Source: Eukaryota sp. TZLM1-RC | Lineage: Eukaryota; Protista; Metamonada: BaSk clade | Length of the DNA: 64,000 bases | Assembly (NCBI GenBank): GCA_040285825.1 | Contig: JAUPSS010000005.1 | Location: forward strand, 1,364,001 to 1,428,000 | Reading direction: 5' to 3' | Shown here: positions 50,139-59,400 of the stretch, piece by piece | Layout: the number at the start of each line of letters is the position of its first letter | Position numbering within the stretch: position 1 is the first letter of the stretch | Made by a program: the position numbers and the translations under genes | The notes under the pieces: model-generated | Told to the model about the DNA's origin: nothing | Databases searched by the model: none | What the model saw: the letters and a program-made list of their open reading frames with translations, nothing else

Positions 50139-50529
50139 ATGAATTCGTCTCTCGTTGCCCCTGTTCCTTTAAATTTGAACGCCAATCGCCCAATATCGGT
50201 TCCTCCTACAACGTATGTGGTAGTTTTCGTTTTTTCACAACAGCAAAGCCGATAACTTGTCCCCTCTTAACAGTTCTGATTCCGAAACAGAAAAGGCTCA
50301 ATGTGAGCTCAGATCCATCTTCACGAGCGCCAGTTCTCCGGACATCTTCTCCCGTGTCAATTTCACGAGCTCCTCGCCCTTTCTTGTGACATCTCCTGAC
50401 TACTTCAGGCCAGACAATCCCACAGAGTTTGCTGAGTCTTGGCAGCAAGGTCGTCGTATCTTTTCTGCCCTTTGTTTGTCTCCCCCTCCAGAGTCCTATG
50501 AAGGAAAGAAGTCTAGTTTGGCACACTAG
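50139..50529 (+). CDS. Small hypothetical protein, 119 aa; join(50139..50212, 50244..50529)
   Basis: The 31-nt intron GTATGTGGTAGTTTTCGTTTTTTCACAACAG joins MNSSLVAPVP.. in frame to the track ORF 50257-50529. Confidence 0.75.
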
Positions 50530-50686
50530 TGCTTGTTTTTCATTATTTTTCCGGTTTAGCAGTGTATATACTTTAGTTCTGTTTTAAATAAATTCGTGTA
50601 TAGCATTTTATGCTGTATGTTTCGTCTAGGTCAGGCATCACATTTGATTACTTGTGAATCAACCTATTTTTTACATTAATTTAAAC

Positions 50687-51160
50687 ATGTCCTCCACATC
50701 TTCGAAAATAGATCTTCTTACCATACTACGACGACGCGATCACGAGATTGCAGAACTAAAACAACAAGTACAAGAGCTTGAACGTCAGCTTGCTCACACT
50801 TCTTCCCCACAATTTTGTTATCGATGTAGTGAAACACTTGATGGATTCCCAGATACTGAGTTAAACAATGGTGAGTCTTCGCCTACATCCTCTGTTTACA
50901 ACGTTTCCTTTTCCACCCCTCTTCAGACTCAAAAATCTACTGATAATGTCTCACTCATGTTTACTGATACATTCTCACCAATGAAATCATTTTCTCCGTC
51001 CAGAGCGACTCGTCCATCATGTCCTACAATTTCTCCTACTACCATCAGGAAAGAGCCCACTGATGTTAAGCCTTGTCCTAACCCAACCCCAGTTCTACAC
51101 AGTCCTTGTAAGTCTGAACCACTACCAAGGCCTTCAAAGTCTTTCTATAATTCCAGGTAA
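50687..51160 (+). CDS. Hypothetical protein, 157 aa (short coiled coil, CxxC, Ser/Pro-rich tail)
   Basis: Host-like composition; RDHEIAELKQQVQELERQL heptads; first ATG at 50687. Confidence 0.65.
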   Translation: MSSTSSKIDLLTILRRRDHEIAELKQQVQELERQLAHTSSPQFCYRCSETLDGFPDTELNNGESSPTSSVYNVSFSTPLQTQKSTDNVSLMFTDTFSPMKSFSPSRATRPSCPTISPTTIRKEPTDVKPCPNPTPVLHSPCKSEPLPRPSKSFYNSR

Positions 51161-52470
51161 TTGAATTTTGTATTTGTATTTATTAGAGTTAGGGACCCCT
51201 CTTCAATTGCTTGTCTTGTGAGATTACACCGTTTCTGATGTGAGAGAATGTATTTCATTGTTGTTCAAAGTTCTAGTTACACTTCACTAGAGAAGTGGTT
51301 CAATTGGGAAAAATTGACTGATCAGAATTTAAAAGTTTCCTTTCTGAAAAATATTACTAAATTCCAAAAATGATGCACAAATAAATAAAACTAACTGTAA
51401 TGTAATGTTTATTTATATTTTCAATGACTAGTGTAAAACAGGAGATATCTTTAAAACAAAAGCCCAAAGTCCATATCTTCAAAGTAACTGAGCTAATCAT
51501 CAATTCCAATAATTTTAACTCCAAAACATGTATGAAACTCCAGACACAGATAAAAGAATTTGTTTCTGCATCAAAGGCATAGACTTTGAGTTGATGACAA
51601 CAACTCAATTTTTCCTGCACATGTTGTATTTGTAGGCGTTAAAACGTATCTGGAATTGATATAAGTCAGCAAGAGTCAGGAAGGCATCAGTTAAATACTT
51701 TGAAGAGTTACTGAATGTGGAGAACCCACACATGAATAATTTGTTTAAACAATATATTATACCCACAGGAGTGTTATCCAAAATCAGTCCAATTATGACA
51801 TATTAATGCCTTATATCCATAAGATATATTATGATATATTGTTGCCGGTTACTGAATGAAGATCAGTTAACTTTCACACAAGCAACAATGTAGAACAAAA
51901 AATGTATTGAACAGAATCATGTTGTGAAATAATAAATAATACTATTGCTAATAATTTCAAAAGTTGATTGCTTTTAGGTAAAACTAAAACGCAATTCAAT
52001 AACCAAATCAATCGTTTATGGCATTTGATAAACTAATGTTGTAATTATTTAAAACAAAACGAGACAATACTGCACAAAAACCGAGTACGGTTCAGTACAA
52101 CTGTCTTGTTTATTCCGATACATCTCTAAATTTTGATTTAGTTGGTTCACTTTTGAAAATAGTCACTACAACGTTGGACTGTCTCTTACTCAATGAATAT
52201 TTTATTATTATAAATATTATTAAATTGAATAACGCTACAAACACCAAGCAGACACAGTGTTCTGCCATTTGTTATTTCATGTCTGTTAAAAATATAACAT
52301 AATGTCACTTTGAAATAATGAATGGTGCATTATACCATGTCATACGCTGTACTATGTCATACGGAACTTTGAAATCTTGAAAGCTGTTCATTACCTTTAG
52401 TTTTCAATAAAACTGTCTACTTTTCAAAGTTTTTCTGTTGATATTAAATTTTGGACAAGGACATTGTTTG

Positions 52471-52983
52471 AGACAAAACCTTCACCCAGTAAACACTCCA
52501 AAAATATTCAATTTTAAAAGAAATAAATTTAATTAACCAAATTGTTCCTCTCGTTTTTAGTGTTCATGGGGGTTTTTACACTAAAACAAAAGTACTGTTT
52601 GACGAATTTGGATGGAATGAGGTAGCAGATGAAATTAGTTGTATCATTTTGAAGAATAGCTTTAAATGCCACAGTGCTTTTAGTTATATACTTCAAAAGA
52701 AAAGAGAAGATCGTCAATGTTGGTAGGTAGTTGTTTTTTAGTATTCAAGTAGTTTCTTCTTAATTTTCAATAAAAGTAAACACTCCACCAACCAATATTC
52801 CGTTCAAAATTTCAACCAATATTTGAACCATTGGAATTAGGCCAGGAGGAAAATGTACTTGGAAAGTAATTGCCAGAAAAGGAAAATAATTAAATCTGAT
52901 AACCGCAAACGAAAAGAGAGACGGTTCCGAGAGAGCATCAACAATTGTCCAAAAACTGGCTGGACATCCTGAAAAACTCTATG
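52471..52983 (+). pseudogene. Internal fragment of Fanzor A (copy 3) split by a retrotransposon insertion
   Basis: 52471-52500 and 52775-52983 match 49242-49465. Confidence 0.85.
52501..52774 (+). mobile_element. 274-bp 5'-truncated RLE-type retrotransposon with 13-bp target-site duplication
   Basis: Flanked by AGTAAACACTCCA (52488-52500 and 52775-52787). Encodes IVPLVFSVHGGF...EISCIILKNS and ends AATAAA. Confidence 0.8.
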
Positions 52984-54125
52984 TCATACTATGTCATTAG
53001 AGCAAAACAAAATGTACTCAAAGTACTTAAGCAATCATCAACCAGTAATAAGTCTGGAAAAATATCAATGGAAAGCTTGGATGTACAATCATAGTGCATT
53101 TTATGATGACACGTCACAATGACAAGTTGTGTAAGTTGTGTAAGTTGTCAATTTAGCGACTCACATCAAAAAAAAATTAAATTCACTGCAATATTGACAT
53201 TAACATACAGCTTTACTAGTGTCTTTTGTTTGAAGTTCCTTGTTGAACACTATCCGAGCTATATCCATTTTGTAGAACTTGAATTTCGCTTAATCATAAA
53301 CTTTAACTCTTAAGCACAAATTGTTGTCATATCAGTGTGGTTTAATGTTTCCGTTAAATCAAATCAATTATTCAAAGATATATTCCCAATCTTAAAAATG
53401 CGTAAAGTGAAATTGAACCAGTGCCTTTAAATTTAATTTTGACATAATATATTTTGCCCGAACTGAGGTAGTGTTAGACTTGGATGAATGTGGAATTTCC
53501 CAGTTGTTTATCTGATCTTCATAATATGGTTTATTCTAGTATCAGCTACTTTCTCTACGGTTTGTCTGTGGTTCGAGAATGTTGTATATCAATGAGAAGA
53601 CCATCGTTCCATTGTAGACCATGCTCTAATGCATAGAAAAATGCAACAAATATGCACCAATTTAACTAAAGTAATTCTATTCTGACTTCATTGATCAAAA
53701 CTTATTTTCATACTTGAATCAATGTTTAAAACCTTTTGCTCTACAAGAAACAAATTGAAACTGTTAATTGAAGCTACAAACCAAAATAAGCCAGTTTCAG
53801 ACCAGTTGTTTTTGAAATGTTATGTAAAACAATACTGAAATATCTATTATCAATTCATTATTGAAAACTGAAGGTGAAGAAAATGAAGGAAAGAATGTTT
53901 ACAACAATCAATGCGTTAAAAAGTTTAAATATTTTTTTTTATTTTTTTTAATTCTTATAATTAATGACTTTTTGATAATATATTTCAAACTGGTAATTGT
54001 ACTACGGTGCAGATAGCAACTAACTAAAAGTAAAAAAACAGTATGAAAACCACCACTACTTACTATACAAGGAAATATTAAAACTCCAAATAAATCAAAA
54101 TTTTACAGTAATTTACAAAAAATAA

Positions 54126-55756
54126 CTAAACAATGAAATCAAAAATTCTATCCCTTGATTTTTCAACAACATTATTAATAATCTCCCAGACATAATCATC
54201 TAGCAAATGCTCCAAGCTTCGTTCTACAGTTACATAATCTTTTAATGGTTCAGGAATAATACTGCTTAAAGGCTCCACTAATGAAATGACTGCAGCAAAA
54301 GCTTGTAGTTTGAGTGGACAAGAAACTAAATTGTAAAGAATTTCTCTACTTTTCTTGAACAACAGCGTTTTACAATCATTTGCCAACTTTGTCCTTACAG
54401 ATTTACCTGCACTTAACACCTCTTTTCCATCTTTTAACTCATTTTCAAGGGTAAAAACTGCATCATTCATAAGTGAGACCAATTGATCACCCAATGATGC
54501 CAACAAAAGATAAGGTGACACATCTCTCAAAATTTCACTCAAGACTTCCAAGCGTTCCCTGCAACCTTCAAGTTTTCTTCTTGAATACAATAACCGATTG
54601 CTCCAAGGCCATTTGATTGAATCATATACCTCAGTCAAAACGGAAGGTATTCTTGACTGGTCAAGTTCTGATAGGTCATTAACCACGTGATCAAAAGCCT
54701 TTAAAAGTTCAATAAAAGCATCAGTCATGAACGTCTCAAGAATTCCAAAGACTTTTGATACCACTGGAGCCACTGAACTGCTCAGTATAGGTTCTACTTG
54801 CTCCCCAATTGCAACATGTAGCTTTGTTTTCAACAAAACTTGGGTTTGGGTAAATTCATTGGCTACTCGAGAAAGACCTTCGCCAATCAAACTGCGACTT
54901 GACTCAACTTGACCAATCAAATCACGCCACACTCGATTGACTTCATTAGAAACAATCAAATCAACTGATTTTTGCACTGATTTTCTCGCAGCAGCTCCTG
55001 ATTTTCTACTACCTCCATAGGGCAAAGCTGCATACACTTCAGACATCACCTCTCTCTCTAACCGAGAGTTGATCAAAATCCCCAGTTGTTCTGGTTCAGA
55101 GCAGGTAATGTGGAAGATGGAAGAATCATAAATAGAGAGCGTTTGCCGAGTTTCTTTATAAGCGTTGATAAAAGTTTTTCGAAGTAAAGGGTCATTACTT
55201 AGTGGCGGTTGAGCACGACGACAGGCTAGACGAAAGATTCGCTGCCAAAGGTCTTTCTCTTCTTGGTTCTCAGCCTGGAAATACCAACAACGTCGTGTAG
55301 GGTGACGAAGTTCAAAACAGAATTCACGGTTATCTATCTGAGGGTCTTCAATAACTCTCATTCCTTGGCAATGGATACTTCCTTTGGGGAGGGCTGCATC
55401 ATCATCGAGGGATTCTTCGTCTTCCCAGTATTCGATCTCATAGTTTGGTTTTACGACGAAATATCTGCGTTTCCATGGGGTTAGAGGAGATGGGTGGTGA
55501 ACATACAATTCTTGCGGTTACCACCCTGCTTGTACAGGTAACCAGTTTTGATAAAGTCATCTGATTGAGGTTTTGAAAGAAGTTGGGCTGAAGTAGTTTC
55601 TGTCGAGTTGGGCGAGAGAATAGAGTCTATCAGATTGTTCTTAAAGTGTTTTTGGAATATTGGAACGAAAGTGGAGAGGGTATTGTTAGATACATCTACA
55701 ATTCGACGTCTTTTGTAGTCATCAATTGGATTTTTAAGGGCTGATATGAGACTCAT
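54126..55756 (-). CDS. PH-domain protein, paralog of the 29704 gene (Niban/FAM129-like), 532 aa; join(55507..55756, 54126..55474)
   Basis: Two track ORFs join to give KTGYLYKQGGNRKNWKRRYF if the 32-nt segment 55475-55506 is removed. Collinear with the paralog. Confidence 0.8.
55475..55506 (-). other. 32-nt intron with apparent non-canonical GT-AT ends
   Basis: GTATGTTCACCACCCATCTCCTCTAACCCCAT, with a CTAAC branch-like motif. This is the only junction found that restores KNWKRRYF. Confidence 0.65.
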
Positions 55757-55768
55757 TCTGATAGAAAT

Positions 55769-56065
55769 TGTCTATAACAATGAAATAGATGTCCTGTTTT
55801 ACCCAATGTGGAGGGACTGAGTTTTTGAGAAGTGGAAGATTGTCTCCTTTTTCTTTGAACCTTCATCAACTTTGGCTCTCTGTAGGTATACTGGTCTATC
55901 TCTACCGTTTACATGTGCTTCCATCACCGCCAAGATATTCAGTGAAGCATTTCGATCTCTACTCCACAAAGATTAGTATAATTTACTCATGGTAAGCGCC
56001 TTTCGAATAGACATCTCATGCCTCTTACACTGCCTTGAATCTCTCCACCATCTCAATGTTTCAAC
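55769..56065 (-). mobile_element. Fanzor1-type 3'-end module (family C), copy 2
   Basis: Encodes LWSRDRNASLNI...DRPVYLQR with an internal stop. Same ends and length as 40796-41092. Confidence 0.85.
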
Positions 56066-56486
56066 TGTTTTCTCTTTTTACAATCCACTTGTTGACATGT
56101 AAATAGAATTATTGAATATACACAGGAACAACTACAGTATCATTACTTAACCACAGTTACAAAGAAATTTTCTTCTTCATTTTGTTACCAGTTTCTATTT
56201 CCCAAAAATAAATTATGTCTTTTGCAGATTGTTTTTTTAATGCAGAATTGTAACGAATTCCAAGCAAAATTATTGCGACAAAGAGCATCAGCATATCAGC
56301 AATGCATGCATCTGAAATAGCTAAAACCAAAACACTATTTGTCTCAATTGTTGCAATGTGACAAATATTTTGTTGAAACTTAAGTCGTTTCCAGCTGTTG
56401 GTTGACTTTCATGTTGACTATATTCAGGTTAAGTGAAATTCACAGGTGTTTCGAAGAAATTTTCCCCTAAAACAACTATTTGCATA

Positions 56487-59400
56487 ATGAGCTGGGGAAA
56501 GCTTGTCCTACAACTGCTGTCCCTGCTTTGCTTTGTGCATGGTAATGGTATGTTCGCATCACTCTCTTTTATTTCAGTCACTAATTATCTGACTGATGTC
56601 TCTTGTTCCTCTTGGACCGATTCAAATTGCTGGAGTAATGGCCTTCCTGCGCCCTCAGACTCTGCTATCCTTGCAGATTGCTCTAGTTCTCTCTCTGTTA
56701 CTGTTTCCTCCTCTCTTAATTTATCGTCAATTCAGATCGGTAGTGAGAACTGCGAAGTCATTCTCACACTTTCCCCAGGAGCTTCGATCTTAACTTCCTC
56801 ACTCGTCTTTACTCATGGAACTATCCAAGGTAGTGGCCATGTTCTCTGTGCGGGATCATCCCTTTTCTCTGGTCCTTATCCCAAAACCCTTGCTCTGCAA
56901 TTAAGTAATCAAGGTAACCTTACCTTTGACAGTGATATTTCTTCAACACTTTTTCTTCTAGGAGGTGCTGTCCTTTTAAACTCTGGAACTCTCTCTATCA
57001 ATGCCCCTTCCCTCATTACTCACCACCCAGACCATGACCCCAATGGCCAGCAACAACCCCAAATTAATAACTTGGGAAACCTTGTTGTTAATGATGACGT
57101 GGAGGTTGACGTACGCTTTTCGAATCAGCAGTTGGTTAAACTTCTTCATGGAACTGCTGTCATTAATAATCCTCATGAATTAATGGGTAATTACGATCTT
57201 TCTGATACTCTTTTAATTACCAAATCTTGCGAATTCAGAAGAGGTTCTGATATCTATGGTGCCACTAGTGGGGTCTTGGTAGTACCTAGATCCGTTACTT
57301 ATATTGTTGCTGGTAGTTATCGCTTTGAGGGGAACCTCCAACTTTTATCAAATTCCAAGGTTTACTTTGCAGCTAGGTCCTCTGTAAGAGTATTTAGCTG
57401 TAGCTACGCCGAGTCTGGTGGTCTCGTAGAGTTTCAATCTTCATGTGCTCTTAGAATAGCTTCTTTTTTTAAAGTTGATGTAAGTGATGGTGTTTTCTCA
57501 GTTAATACTGGTGCTTCATGGCAACCTTCTACTAATGCTATTAGATCTATTACTTTAAATGGTAATGGTAGGTTTGTTTTTAATCCTAGTGTTGGTAATA
57601 TTACTCTTACTGATGTGTCTGTGTATGATAATGGTATTTTCGAGGTTAGTTCTGGAGGTCCCGTCTATCTACGTCATTTGTTAATTGGTGAGGATTATTG
57701 TTCTAATGAACCTCAAGTTTTAGGATCTGATCAAATAAGAGTGGAAAATACATTTGATTGGTATAATGGTTTAGTTGATACAGATATTTTGGTTCAAAGA
57801 CCTGGTGTTTTCAATGTTTTTCCAATTTTTGGCAACGTTACAACCATATTTGGCCAAGAAAACAATCTAATCGTCGATGGTAATTCTTACCTCAATGGCA
57901 CTCTAAACATGGAAAGTTTTGCTTCAGTTGTGTTTAATAACCAAGTTTATATGTATTCTGAAAACCCTCTTTTTTTAGGGAGTTCTTCCACCGTTGAATT
58001 AACTGAAAATTCTTGGTTGTTTGTTATTCCTAATAATGATTTTACTTTAATTACTGGGGACGAAGTTGCTGATTTTTCATTTAATGGTAATTTAACAATT
58101 AATTCACCCGGTTTCATCATTAACGCTAATATTAGCTCTTTCTATGGTGCCAACAGCAATTATACACTTGAAGCGAATAGTGAATTTCTAATCCAAAGTT
58201 CCAATAACCCTTTAATTAATGGTACCTTTTCCCTAGCAGAAAACTCTTTTGTGTCGACTGGTTCTAATGAAGTCACTTTTGTTAAAGGATCTGTTGTACA
58301 CGGCAAAGGGTTACTTAATCCTGGTAGTAATGGTGAAATTTCTTTTTACGGTAATTATTCTGCTTCTCCTTTTATTTCAAAACCTTTTGGTTCTCTAAAG
58401 TTTTACAATGCCTTTATTGCAAATATAAAAGCAATTACTGGGTCAAATGGTGAATTAGTCTTTTCCAATATAGATTTTCTTTTTACCAAATGGATTTTAT
58501 CTGAAATTAACCTCAATAGTGTAACTTCAATCTTTGACTCACTACCCCTTATCCAAGTAGATCACGTTGTCATCAACAATGGTTCTTTTAATGGTTTTGC
58601 TATTGGGAATTCAGAATCTTTATTAATTAATTCATTGGAATTTTCTGGAGCTGTAACCTTTCACAATCTTGCTGGGCTTGTTTCTATTGATAACTTGGTT
58701 GGTACTAGGTCCCAATTATATGTAAATTCTCACCTGAATAACTTAATACTTTCCAATATACAGCTCACTAATGCTGAACTTTTGGTTGACGATATGGCAT
58801 CTGACTTAGTTCTTCCTTTTATTTCAATGTCCTCTAATGCCTGTCTTGAACTAAATACTATGGGAAAAGTAAGTATAGAACAGATTTTAATGAGTGAAGA
58901 TTGTGAATTTAAGACCTCTAGCTTAAATAGTCTGGATATTAACTTTTTTGATTCAATTACATCTGACTTTATTTCGAATGATGTTGAATTACTTTCTTTT
59001 ACAAGTTTTAATCAAGCTGAAAATTCCAATACTGTTATCACCAATTCAAATGTGGCCAGCTTCGATTCTTATCTAGCAAATAATTCTACTATAAAGGTCA
59101 ATTATATCACAGATTCCTTGAATTTCAATGAATTCAACCAAATTGATGATTCCCGCTCTGTGTTTGATCATGTTCGTTCTCTATCTAGTTCTTCCATTTA
59201 TCAGATTAATTCATGTGAATTTAACTTGACTGATGTTTCTATTATTTCAGTATCAAAATTTACTTCAATGGGAAAAAGTGTTTTCGATGTTGAAGATACT
59301 CAAATTTTTAGTTCTGATTGTGTCATTAATTCTCTCAGTACGATCAATTTCAAGTTCGTTTCCGAGTTGATTGAAGTTGCTGAATTGCTTAATTTCGTAG

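Noticed and set aside
52330-53150. Short repeats (TACTATGTCAT copies; AAGTTGTGT x2-3) as a CRISPR-like or telomeric array
   Set aside because: Too short and irregular, with no constant repeat-spacer period. No CRISPR array was seen anywhere in the window.
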